DNA of 64,000 nt from Chlorokybus atmophyticus (Eukaryota; Plantae; Mesostigma and Chlorokybus algae). This document shows, in pieces, positions 35,901-47,790 of this stretch (its first letter is position 1; every line of letters starts with the position of its first letter). The stretch lies in contig RHPI01001715.1 in NCBI GenBank assembly GCA_009103225.1, positions 62,001 to 126,000 on the forward strand. The letters are read 5' to 3'. The notes below the pieces were generated by a model, which saw nothing but the letters and a program-made list of their open reading frames with translations, did no database searches and was not told where the DNA came from. Made by a program: the position numbers and the translations under genes.

Positions 35901-37019
35901 TGCTAGTGACCCCTTGCACGCACAGCCAGTGGTTACTTGAAGGCGATCTGCTTGCGGTCTACAACGAGCACGCCATCTCTGTAGAATGCCGTATTGAATT
36001 CGACCACAATGTCGATGAGGAAGACAAAGTTGACGCAGAAATCAGTAATGACGCTCCAATTGGTGATGGAGAGCTGCTGCCTGTAGAAGGATATCTGGAA
36101 AGGGGCCATGATGGCCGAGTAGAGGGTCAGTGCAATGGTGAAGTTGAGCCACATAAGGTAGTAGTGGTTTTCCGGGTGGAGCATCGAGCGAGGCACGGCT
36201 ATCTGCTCCTGCATCCCAGAGAAGCTCCTGTACGTGGCCAGGCTGCCTTTGCGCCGGGCCACCGGCGGCGCAACGCCGCGCCTTCTCTGCAGCGCAAGCC
36301 ACAAGCCCTGCCCGAGCAGCGTGTTTACATTGCGTTGTACGTGTGCCTCTTGTTGAAATTGCATGCACACTGACTGCAGTGGAGCAACCCTCAACAGCAC
36401 TGCAAGCAGTCATATGAACCAAGGGACGTCAAGATGATAAACGCTCTTGCACGACACCTTTCCAATACCCAATAGGTAGTGTTGAGCAGGCCGCGACAGC
36501 AGGCAAAACGCTGGCAAGCAATGGATACGACTGCATGTAACCACTGTACCGGCACAGATGGTCAGGCCACCCATGAGTGAAGTCACACACGCAATCTTAT
36601 TTTGTCTCTGTGTGCACAACAACCTTAATTGCTTATCAGCAGGCAAAGCCTGGTGCTGCAACTGTCACAATATTGAGCAGATTGAGAGTTGATAGACAGG
36701 AGGCAATTCAGTGGGATCCAAAACAGTTTCCAGACACCACAACGAGCAGAAAGAGAGGCGTGCTGAGTGCTTGTATCAAGGGAATTCAAAAGAGCAACGC
36801 ATGCACTGTAGCAAGCACTTCACGTCAGCCAGGCTCAGGCACATACTGTGGCAGGATTTGTTCCAATTCCAATGCCGAAACAAACAAGTTGCCTACGCGC
36901 AGGCACCACACCTTCCATCGTGTCTGCCTGCGCCTCGGTCGCGTCGTCGGGGGCGACAGCGGAAACACGCTCGGGCTGGCCGCCGCTGCCGGCGCGGCCA
37001 CGGCCTCCTCGCCAGACAT
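32941..37019 (-). CDS. Plant Shaker-like voltage-gated K+ channel (6TM + C-linker + CNBD, no ankyrin repeats seen)
   Basis: MLHPENHYYLMW...YSAIMAPFQISF; FLIDIVVEFNTAF; S4 ALSRLVRLHRL; pore YITTLYYVFVTISTVGFGDIHAV; S6 AYLIGNMT; CNBD GDVFGDVALLCNTAQPFTVR..CQTL. The start (MSGEEAV, 37019) and last exon (stop 32941) are less certain. Confidence 0.93.
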
Positions 37020-38083
37020 CTGCGCGCCCTACCTCTCAAGTGCTGCGTCTGACTCCAGCTGCCACCCCAGCGCCATGCCGCCAAAGACGCCCACCATGGG
37101 TACCGCCACCGCCACCGCCACCGCCGCAGATGGCAGCAGCAGCTACATTATCACCGACAAGGATGACAACAACGATGTCACGTCCGCGGCTTGATTGTGT
37201 AAATACCACCAAGAACCCCTTTTTGCCCACCAAATAAATTTGCATGGGGGGCGTTGCTGGTCAAGTGCGGAGTGCACACAAAGAAGTTGTCATGAGAGTT
37301 AACAATGTTTTGTTTTGTCTATCAGCCACTTTTCACGAAAAAGCATATCGGTGATTATCATCATAACCACGACATGAACAGAAAACGAAAAATTCGTTTT
37401 TTATGATCCATGCACGCAATTTGTTGATTTTAACGCAATCAATTGCTATCAAATCCACACCTTATCGCCACCCTCACATGTCACTGTTGTGTGCGCTACT
37501 GTAGGTGTTTCATAAATTGTGCCTATGTTTTTAACAATTAATCATTTTTTATTGGCATACGTGTTGTGTGCAATCATCGTCGCACCAATACACCGTCACA
37601 TAAGGTATCGTTAACGTGGCACATTGCGGCATAATCATCAATCATAAGCATACGATGCTTGCTTGACAAATAATCGATAAGAAGTTGAATATTTTAACAC
37701 AATACCCATAATGAGTTCGAATAATGTTAGCCCTATTGGCAATTGTTGATGATGTTTTGCACATAACGTACTGTGCGCTCTTCAGCCGCAAGATTAAATG
37801 GTCTTTGCAAAGTACCATTACACTCACGAGCCTACAAAGGTAAATGGAAGGCTTCCGCTACAAAGGTGATCCCAAAACTAATCTCCATATTGGCAAGCCT
37901 CTACACTAAGTTGACATGCATTTTTGGTAAAATAACACCACTATCAGTTTTAATTCACGGATGCTCGTTGGAGGCTTCAATTAGCAAATGCAATAGACAT
38001 CCGTCATTACCCATAGCGATGAACGACGACACATAACTGCTGAAGAGCTGCACATCATACACTTGGACACCGCTGCTAGTTTG

Positions 38084-38135
38084 TGTAACATCGACGCCTT
38101 AACCACCAGGCTATGGCAGCAAAAGTCGCTGCCGT
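38084..38135. repeat. Short hairpin repeat family, copy 1
   Basis: tgtaacatcgacgcctt...atggcagcaaaagtcgctgcc, shared with 45739-45790. Confidence 0.75.
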
Positions 38136-38161
38136 AGGAGGAGCCACATGCCATTTAGACA

Positions 38162-38286
38162 TGTCCCATACCATGGTATGACATTCCTCCCATTTCATTA
38201 CCCATGGGGCCGTCACCGCAAAGCTCGCCGCGACTTGCCCGCCGCCGCGCAAGTCGCTCCCCAATGTCATACCATGGTTTGGGACA
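38162..38286. repeat. MITE-like foldback with 24-bp inverted arms and an inner 9-bp stem
   Basis: tgtcccataccatggtatgacatt (38162-38185) vs aatgtcataccatggtttgggaca (38263-38286), one mismatch; inner gcgacttgc/gcaagtcgc (38230-38257). Confidence 0.8.
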
Positions 38287-38612
38287 GTTTGGAAGGCTTT
38301 CATAACCCCGCTCCTTTGGGTGGTATGGGCTCCAACAACAACCTTTATGGAGAAGTATACGCAAATTGAACACTCTCGCAGACCAAACCAACATACATGC
38401 TACCAACACTCATACAAGCGTGCGGACACATGTGCAGCGACACAAGAGGGGACGGGAACCGACCTTGTTAACGCAAGAGAGGCAAAGGGTTGATGTGGTT
38501 GATGTTGAGTTTACGAACCCTTGACTAAGCAGCATGCTGAGTCGCGGGTTGAACAAAATGAAGCGCAAGTTAATGTAGCTATTTAGTTGAGGGGGGGGGG
38601 GGGGGGGGGGGG

Positions 38613-38855
38613 NNNNNNNNNNNNNNNNNNNNNNNNNNNNNNNNNNNNNNNNNNNNNNNNNNNNNNNNNNNNNNNNNNNNNNNNNNNNNNNNNNNNNNNN
38701 NNNNNNNNNNNNNNNNNNNNNNNNNNNNNNNNNNNNNNNNNNNNNNNNNNNNNNNNNNNNNNNNNNNNNNNNNNNNNNNNNNNNNNNNNNNNNNNNNNNN
38801 NNNNNNNNNNNNNNNNNNNNNNNNNNNNNNNNNNNNNNNNNNNNNNNNNNNNNNN
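38613..38855. other. Assembly gap (N run) preceded by a poly-G tract
   Basis: 243 N after about 23 G. Confidence 1.
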
Positions 38856-39170
38856 GACAGTAATTAATTCAATGCTGTTGCCCGAACTCATGTTGCTCAC
38901 GCGGGAATTGCTAATGGGCTTCACATAATATCGTGGTACATACACATTGCGTCCACGCACATAAATGGGGGCATAGATCCGGGTTCATGTGAAAGCACTT
39001 GGTATCTTTCCATGCTATTACACGCGACTTCGCCTGCATTGTTAAGTGTATGGTGGCGAGGATGGAGAATTTATGTGTCCCAAAAACCTCTTTTGTACTG
39101 AGCATGCCACAATGATACAGCGTGATGAACAGGTAATGTCGGAACGTTGTTCGTCTGAGCAAGGGTGTGC

Positions 39171-39252
39171 GTGTAATGTGTGGCGTCCACACGTTAACGT
39201 GTGGACGCCACACATTACACCCATGTGTGTAATGAAACTTCATTACACACAT
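39171..39252. repeat. Perfect 50-bp palindrome followed by a 14-bp-arm hairpin
   Basis: gtgtaatgtgtggcgtccacacgtt|aacgtgtggacgccacacattacac (39171-39220); atgtgtgtaatgaa-ac-ttcattacacacat (39223-39252). Confidence 0.95.
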
Positions 39253-39782
39253 CACGTGCACAAATAGTTATGTGTGTAATAGAGATACACGTGTACATAC
39301 TCCTGCTTACGCACTGGTAAAGTTAAAGAATCCGACCTGCTTGCATTGAAAACACATGGTCTCAGTGGCATGCCAATCAGTTGCAAATGTATTGCGGCGA
39401 TGCGCACACGCCGTGTGTGCAGTATGCAGACATAATGTGCCCACCCATTCACACGGGCTGACATTCATCCACTCAATGGGTCCCCGATGCCGCCGTCCTC
39501 CTCCAGGACGACGACAAGGCGGCTAACCGAAGTGCAGCTGTTCTTGACCGCCGCTATGGTCGGCATGTCCAGCGGCGTTTTGCGCACGGGAGCATGTGAC
39601 ATGCGGCATGTGTCTGGTCGGCGTAATGCGGTTACGTTCTCGTGTCATGAAACCAAACTGGTGACGTGGCGCGACAAGCGCTGCGTCCTACCGTCTCCAG
39701 GTTACGATGTAGCTCGCAGGAGTAACGAGCGGACGCTGTAACTGAGGCTAGCCGCGCCGGGAGGTGCCACGTGGAAGCCAAC

Positions 39783-42096
39783 ATGGCGGCGGCGGCGGCG
39801 AGGGGAGCGACGGTGGCTGTGGCAGCCGCTGACGCGGTTGCTCGCGCCGCCAGCTTGCGCGTCGCGTGCCGCAGTCCGCTCCCCATCCGGTTGCAGGTAC
39901 CCCTTGCTGCGTTGCCTGGCCTTATGCAAGCATCCCTAAGCAGCAATGCATTGTCCAAAGGCGCATTGGACGTCAATAACTTGATGCTGTTGCCGCTGCA
40001 ATCTGCTGCATGCATGCAGCATTGTGTTGGCATAGGTTGTAATACTATACTATACTTTTTGCTTCCCAATCTCAGGCTGCCAAGCCCCAGCAGTTGTTGT
40101 GGTCAGCGGCGGGAAGGAGGGGCGCTTGGAGAGCCGTCGCCTTACGCCCGCCATCATCATCATCCACACTGCGCAGTGTGCAGGCCACCGCAGTGTCAAT
40201 GCCGGCGTCGCCGTCATCATCATCATCGCCATCACTGTCGCTGAAGAAGGAAGGTATGCGAACGTATATATATGCACATGTGCGCACAGTTATTCCTGTT
40301 TGTATTCGGCATTTCGTGTATCGTAATGGAAAACCAGTGCTAATCTGGCATGTTTGGTTGAATGTGAGATCTGATATGGCCTTGCACTGTGTGTTATGGT
40401 GTTTTGGTGTAGACATTGTTCAGGAGGACAACCCCGAAAACAATGTGCCGGAGTCAATTTTTGCAAAGATCGGAGCCAACTTGCACAGGCAGGATAACCA
40501 CCCGCTTGGCATCATCAAAAACGCCATCCATGCATACTTCGACAAAGCCTTTGAAGGGCAAAAGTTCGAAAAGTTTGATGATCTTCTCCCCATTGTCTCC
40601 ACAATAGCGGTATGCACATGAAGGCGCTCTGACAATCACATCACAAGTGTCGGTCACGGTGGCATGCAGCTGGCATGGTTGCCGCTTACACCACGTCTTG
40701 CAAAGTGTTTGCCTTGGTGTACATGTTTATTGTGCAGTATGGTGTCCACTGCAAATGGTATGCTCCAGCGAGAGTAACATGCGTGTGTGTCAAGCCCCAG
40801 CATGCATGTCCTGTTGTGTGCCATGAACATGACCTCTGCCCCAACCGCTTGCTGTCGTAAATCTCACGTCCTTGTGTGTCAACAGAACTTTGACGACGTG
40901 CTGGTGCCTGCGGACCATGTGTCGAGGGGTTACAATGACACGTACTACGTGGACGGGAGGACGGTGCTTCGTTGCCACACGTCGGCGCACCAGGCGGAGC
41001 TGCTGCGTGCGGGCCACACGCGCTTCCTTGTGACGGGCGACGTGTACCGTCGCGATTCCATTGACGCCACGCATTACCCCGTCTTCCACCAGATGGAGGG
41101 CGTGCGCGTGTTCAACCCCTCGGAGTGGGAGGCCGCAGGCACGCCGCCTGTCGAGCTCGCCGCCGCCGAGCTCAAGTCCACACTTGAGGGTCTTGCACGC
41201 CATCTCTTTGGGGACGTGGACATGCGCTGGGTGGACACCTACTTCCCGTTCACAGACCCCTCGTTTGAGCTGGAGATCAACTTCCAGGGCGAGTGGCTGG
41301 AGGTGCTCGGGTGCGGCGTCATGGAGCAGGCCATCCTGGAGAATGCCGGCAAGGGGGACAAGAAGGCGTGGGCGTTTGGCCTCGGCCTCGAGCGCCTCGC
41401 GATGGTCCTCTTCAACATTCCTGATATCCGCCTCTTCTGGACCCAGGACCAGCGCTTCCTTTCCCAGTTCAAGGCAGGCTCCCTCAAACAGAAGTTCAAA
41501 GCCTACTCTAAGGTGAGCCTCTTGTACAGATGTGTGCATGTCGGTTGAGCGCAAAGGGTTGAACTGATGTGGACTTGTTGTTGTGTCTTGTGCGTAACCC
41601 GACCAGTTCCCGCCTTGCTACAAAGACATCAGCTTCTGGATTAACGATGAGTTCACGGAGAACAATCTCTGCGAGGTTGTCCGTGGCATTGCCGGAGACC
41701 TGTGCGAAGAGGTCAGTGTTGGTGTTTTGCGCGAGCAGTCCCTCTGCCTGAATGTGGTAGGTAGTGACTGACTATGTTGTCATGTGCGCAGGTGAAGCTG
41801 GTGGATGAGTTCCACAACAAGAAGAAGAACCTCACCAGCAACTGCTTCCGCATTGCGTATCGCTCCATGGATCGGTCGCTTACGGACGAAGAGATCAACG
41901 AACTTCAGGCAAGATACACTAGCTCATCAGCGTCAGTGTACTGCAGTAACATTGCTCATGCATTGAACAGTTGCATGTTGGATGCGCGTTGCGTACAAAG
42001 TGACAAGCGTGTTGTCGCTGATCGGATCTGTGCAAATCACAACAGGCTCAGGTGCGGGACACAGTGGCAAACAAGCTGAAGGTAACCCTGAGGTAG
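39783..42096 (+). CDS. FARS2: Organellar (plastid/mitochondrial) monomeric phenylalanyl-tRNA synthetase
   Basis: Ala/Ser/Arg-rich transit peptide; [13 protein letters not shown]; [21 protein letters not shown]; LRCHTSAHQ; [22 protein letters not shown]; [12 protein letters not shown]; [12 protein letters not shown]; [26 protein letters not shown]. Stop TAG at 42094-42096. Confidence 0.97.
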
Positions 42097-43369
42097 CCAG
42101 CGCATGCGTCGAGTTACGTCGTGGAAACGGGTTGAGGTAATCATCATGAGAGATCCACAGGAGGCCTCTCAACTGTCTTTCGAAGCCTGTAGACAACAGT
42201 AGTGTAGCAGCTCCCATATACTTAGTACATGCCATTGCTATGCACTAATGTGCTTGCTGTGCCTTGCCGTTGAACTGCAATGCAATGTGTGAACATTGAC
42301 ACTGATAGTGATATGGGCACAGGCGGTCATGTCCACTGCAGATAAACCCCTACTTGCAGTGCACTTGCGGTTCTTTTTCTGCCTTGGCTTGTGGTTTGCT
42401 TGCCATGGGGTTTTCAACAACACTGCTTAGAACAACAATTCAGGAGCATGTATATTGGGTAAACTGAATGCGAGCATGCAATGAGGCTTTGATGTGATTG
42501 TTTCAGAGATGTTAGCAGCTGCTGAAGGAATCTCTATGATTTCAAACCAGGGCTCACAGTAGCAGTCACCCCCATGAATCGCACAGCACCACTGGTGCAT
42601 ACACGAATAAGGGGAGCGTGTGAATGCCATCATGTTTTTAGATGGTGTTTATCTTAACCATCTTTATGGAATGTCAATTTCTCATGACGTGCTTGCTTAC
42701 TGCTGCTGCTGCTACCCTCAATACTCACTACTCACTAGTGCAAAACCGTTGGATGCGCGCAGAACCCTCCATGTAATGCCATAGACTCTGGAGCCTACGG
42801 TAGCGCTGTGGCAGTTTGCTCACTGTGGCGCTGCTGTGTGAGGTGAGGCGCAGCTTGGCTGTTCCTCTTTGCCACTCCTTGCTTGGCGTGCGACTGAGGG
42901 GCCCAGCGCATTGCCTTTGCCCTGTTTGCCTACCGCTAACTTGCTACTTTGCTACTTGCCTTTCACTAGCACGGCCTTCCCCTGCCCGCACTGCACAGTT
43001 AGCTGCTTGTTTTTTTTTGCTTGCAGAAGTCGCTTGCACACTTTGCTACAGGTCTTGCGACTGTACTTGCCTATGCCTCAACATGTAATGCTATGTGCGG
43101 CCTGGTCTTGAATGTTCGGAAAGTCTATGTAACATTTTTATCGCGCAAAGCCTGTCTCGCACTCAGTCCACAACAGGAGGACTGCATGTGCAACATGACT
43201 CATACCCTATGCGTTGTGAACATGGTTCTGATGTTTGTAAGGCTTAGGTGTTCGCATCTGTCACTGTTGGTCGGTGTTGTGTGCTTGCGGCAAATTTGCG
43301 TTGTCAGGGCCTTGGCCCTTGCGGCCTGGCCGCCCCACCTCAACCGCGACAGCGTGCCAGACAAGCAGC

Positions 43370-44551
43370 ATGGCGGCGGCGGCGGCGGCGGCGGCGGAGG
43401 CGGAGAGGGTGGAGGAGGTGGACTGGGTGGAGATGCTGGAGGAGCCGCACCACAGGCTGGCGATGGAGAACGATTACGCGAGGGTCGTCGAGGCGGGGAT
43501 ATCCGGGCAGGGGGCCTGCATGCTGTTCCATCGCCACGCCGCCGACACCTTCTTTGTGGCCCTTAGCGAGGCCGACCTCCTCGACGAGGAAGCTGTGCTG
43601 GTGGGAGGAGAAGGGAGGAGAGCGGCCAGTATCAGCGCCAGTGACATGCGCATATGGCGGGGCAAGTTTGCATGCCTGCCGTATGCCAGCCGCCCCATCA
43701 TTCACCGCGTAACCTGCCCCGCACCGCACACCGCCCGCTTCCTCTGCGCTGAGGTGCACAAACGACCAACATTAATCCACACCCTGAAGGACTGCACTTG
43801 GTGCACGCTTGCTGCTTGTTGGGTGGCAGCCTCAAACTTTGCATGCGCTCCAGACTTGTGCAAATTGTAGACATGGCAGCACTCCACGAGCACGCATGGC
43901 TTTCTGTGATTGACTGTTAGGTGGTGACGGCGCCGCCAGTGGCTTCAGTGAAACCGCTGGAGTGCAGGGGTTACACGCTCGCAGCGGACACGCCAGAGGC
44001 CGGCATGCGCGTGTATAGGTATGAGGCATGTTGTGGATTTCTTTACACGCTTTTCAGGAGATGAGTTAGCGCTTGCATTGCACCACATCTCCGTGATGGT
44101 GGTTCTTTTCTTTCTTTTTTCTGTCTTCCACCTCTCAGGCTTGTTCTTGGCCCAGGTGAGAGCACGGGCGCGCACGAGTACCACTTCTCCGGCCTCATCG
44201 TCTGCCTCACTCCCGACATACACCTTGCCGTCTCCGATGACGCCCACACTAACTCACCATTCCAAGGTGCGAGCCTATTTGTGTTTGTTACATACCCAGT
44301 TGGTGGATTGTGTTCGTTGATGTGTGCATGTTCAAAGGCATGTTGCACACACCGCAGTTCCTGACCTGAAGCAGCGCGGGTGGCATTGGCACAATGGGCC
44401 AGTAAGCCATGTACTCTTGAACCCGGCATCGTCACCTGCCGCGTTTGAGGCGCTTGTGGTGGAATGGCTGGGGGAGTTTCGGCAGAGGCGTGACTGTGGT
44501 GGTGACGCTGATGCACAAGTCCTCGATATTTCCAAGGCTTGGAACTCGTAG
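43370..44551 (+). CDS. Bicupin (RmlC-like cupin) protein of bacterial type, 4 exons
   Basis: EEPHHRLAMENDYARVVEAGISGQGACMLFHRHAADTFFVAL (cupin 1); ...GMRVY|RLVLGPGESTGAHEYHFSGLIVCL...WHWHNGPVSHVLLN...FEALVVEW (cupin 2). The introns splice in frame. Confidence 0.75.
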
Positions 44552-45738
44552 CAGCTGCACTCACCGAGCCACACACGACAAATGAAAGGGGGGTGGTTGA
44601 TCTCTTGAGTGATTGCAGGTTTGCAGACATTTGCTCCAAGTGCAAGCATTTACCACCAGTCCTACACCCAATCACTTTGCGCTGTTGCAGCGCTTGACGC
44701 TGTCACCTTGGACTGCGCCACTAGCAAGAGACAGTACCACAATCTATGCAATGGTATTACTCTGCATGTATAGGATAACCGTAGCACCTGGAAGGTTGGT
44801 TGCTATGCTACCTGCCTGCTGCCTACCTGTTACTGCCACACGCCCCTCCACCTCACTTGCACGCACTTAATTAGGTGTGCAGCCAGACTGAAGTGTGCAA
44901 GAAACATGCTCATGTTCTATTGCAAGTTTAACGGCTGGTAGTTGAGATTTACAGTTGTCAAGCTTGAAAATAGTATTCTACAATGCGTTTTGTGCTTGTT
45001 GATTTTGATTTATATCACATACATTTCTTCCTAGTTGCTAGTTGCTAGTTGTTAGTGCTTGGGGTAATGTGCTGTGCTGTGCGTGTGGTGTGGTGTGCTG
45101 ATGTCACTGGGGGGCGCTCGTTTTTGCCTATTATTTGTGTCATGTTTGCAATATCGTAATGAAATCGTGGTATTATGCCATGTTGTGCTTGCATACTTTG
45201 CATTGCTTTACCCCCCCTCCCCCCTCACACCCGTGAGGTTATTGTTAATGCATTTGGTCGAAAGGGGNGGGGGGGGAGGGGGGGATACAGTAAATGCGGA
45301 AGGGGATTGCTTGCTATTGAGACCACATTATGCATGCAACACACTGCACCACACACTCACACTGTTGCTACATACACGACCACCGGGCTACGCATACTAC
45401 TCCTGCGCCTACCTCTACGCCCCCCTCTTTGTCATACATGCGTTGCAAGTGTACTTACCTGCACCCGTGCTTTGGTTGGCGGCCCATTCGCAGCAGCACC
45501 AGCTAGTACAACAGTAGCAAGACATGGACTCCCCCTTCCTTCTCCCTTCTCTACACCCTGCCTCCTGCCGCCGGCTTCACGCTCTGCCGTCCAATTGGTT
45601 GTAATGTCGTCGTCAACGCTTCGGCGCTGTGCTTGTAAGACTTAAAGCATACCCCGTTGTACAACCCCCCCTCCTCTTCTAATACCCGGAAGTAAAGTAA
45701 AGTAATAAATACATATTGTATTGTTGCGAGTTACGTGC

Positions 45739-45824
45739 TGTAACATTGGCGCCTTATACACAAGATCATGGCAGCAAAAGTCGCTGCCATTTGGGGTGCC
45801 ATGCAGCATGTATAAGGCGTTACA
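45739..45824. repeat. Short hairpin repeat family, copy 2 (foldback)
   Basis: tgtaac....gccttataca ... tgtataaggcgttaca inverted arms enclosing an atggcagc/gctgccat stem. Confidence 0.75.
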
Positions 45825-46563
45825 ATGCATACCTGATTTTATTGGATTGCACGCCGGGTAACAATATCATGCATGAGGCTCTTGCCTGGCGCTATAGTAT
45901 GAATCATTGTACTCAGTCATAAAGTGAGGGGGGGGGGGGGAATGTACGCATGTGATGTGTGTTTACACATGCGTAATTATAATAAAAGGCCACAAATGCA
46001 TGCACATATTTGAAGTGTTCGTTCTTCATTTGCATGGCACACTGCAAGATATGTCAACCGAGTAAGTTAAACATATTGTGCTGCGTAATGTTAAGCATGA
46101 ACAGTGTTAGCCGTCAGACTATGTTGACATGAAGCTGTGACTAATTGTTAGTAAGAATTATGAAGTGCTTATACATGCTAGTTCAATGTTTAATGTTTAC
46201 TAATAATAAGCAACATGATGTTATTGTCACATCGTGTTACACAACCTGTGAGCCACCGTTGGCCTTCACTATAGCTGCGCTCGCATGTGACGTGCAATGT
46301 GTCACATGCGATTGCGGTCCTCGAGAGTGAAGAGTGAAGTTGTGGTCAATGTGCGCCCGCCTGGCAACCAATGATGCCCTTACCATCATGTCCCCATACA
46401 TAGCCTGTGGGCCACAGCAGTGCGTACCTTCCAGGTGGACAAGGCTAAACAGACCCCGAATCCCCCGAACTGGTGATTCCCACGTCGCTTCATGGGCCGT
46501 AAAATCATGGCATTGATAGTCAGCCTGTCAGGATCCTGGTTAGCCCTGTGTTACCGTAGTATG

Positions 46564-47396
46564 GTACTACGATATTACGAGTACCAGTAATACTACCGAT
46601 GCTGCATCATTGATCATATCACACAGCGATTCACACCAAAGTCACGCGTACGGATCGTACAGCACGATTTGTGCTGTACACTGTGCGGCACGCAGTGTGC
46701 ACGTGGCCAGTTGCACTCATTTCATTGAGGATGCACAGTGTACCACAGCCGTGGTCGATCGCTAAGCCGTTGATGCTCATCTTGGTATCAGATCTAGGGC
46801 GCAGACGGCTCAGATTGCCTGTACGATAGTGCAGAATTTACTGACATGGCATGCACGGTACCCCCGCAACTTTGTTTTCATTTACCCCCCCCCAAACTGG
46901 ACAGATTGAGATTGAGATTAAAACAAACCCAAACCTGAACCTCATTAGACCTGGAGCCCTTGGATATCACCGTTGACGTACCGACGGTGGTTGCACCGTT
47001 CGCTATGCACGTGACATGACGCAACGATAGCTGCCGTGCGGCTTGAGACACCAGCACTCATCTGCACTGCTAGACTGGACACGGTAAATGAACTGCTGCT
47101 AACATAGCGCATAGTCATAACGAACATTCATGATAGCAAACTGGAGCCACATTCCGTTCTGGTACGCAGTGTACAGTTGTACCGGTACAGCAACGTACCA
47201 ATGATGACTGCCGTGATGGTCATGATGACCCGGCAACCCTAATTAGCCAACAGTCGGTTGACGTCCTCACAGCTCAGCCTGGCTGGCCTTACAGATCAAG
47301 TGCTCCATTCATTCAATCTGCATCATGCCCATGGGATGACAAGCAGAGCATGACCCCAAGCTGCCTCATTAGCCTACAGCGCACACAAAACTGTAC
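46564..47396. promoter_or_regulatory. GTAC-enriched region upstream of the PDR transporter
   Basis: 15 GTAC in about 830 bp, including five in 46564-46679 and five in 47162-47198. Confidence 0.4.
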
Positions 47397-47790
47397 GTTG
47401 ACTCGCTCAGTGTGCGCGCAGGAGTGTTGTCTATAGGAAGGTGCCACCATCATCAACATCATGATGATTCATTGATGATGCTGTTGCCATAGGTAGGCAG
47501 TTTGTGTGTAGAAGTTTTCGGTGCCAGGGCATTACATAAAACTGTGTTGCACACAGCATGACTGCGGAGGCAGTGGCGGAGGGCGGAGCAGGGACCCGCT
47601 TGGGCTAAGTGTGCTCAAGAAAGACTCGCCCCTGAGTGCTGTGGCGTGCTGACCCATTGGGGTTCAGTGCGCTCTGCCTGTCGCCGCCCGTCAGGGCGGA
47701 GGCGGCGGTAAGGAGGACGGGAAGGAGGGAGCTGCGGCCGGGGATTGGGCATCGTCGGCGCTGTTGAGGTCGTAATTGTCATCCGCCACC

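Noticed and set aside
37550-38010. Protein-like degenerate minus-strand frame
   Set aside because: About 7 stops in 150 codons is not clearly below chance for AT-rich DNA, and no motif was recognised.
38076-38135. Helitron-like 3' end (hairpin then CTAG on the minus strand)
   Set aside because: The hairpin is about 35 nt from CTAG, the next base is not T, and the second copy at 45739 lacks CTAG.
40790-41554. 254-aa antisense ORF and similar long antisense frames over CAMTA, PDR and the channel
   Set aside because: Shadow ORFs of GC3-rich coding exons on the opposite strand.
46783-46792. TGGTATCAGA, resembling an initiator-Met primer-binding site
   Set aside because: Only 10 nt match, with no gag downstream and no recognisable LTR upstream.
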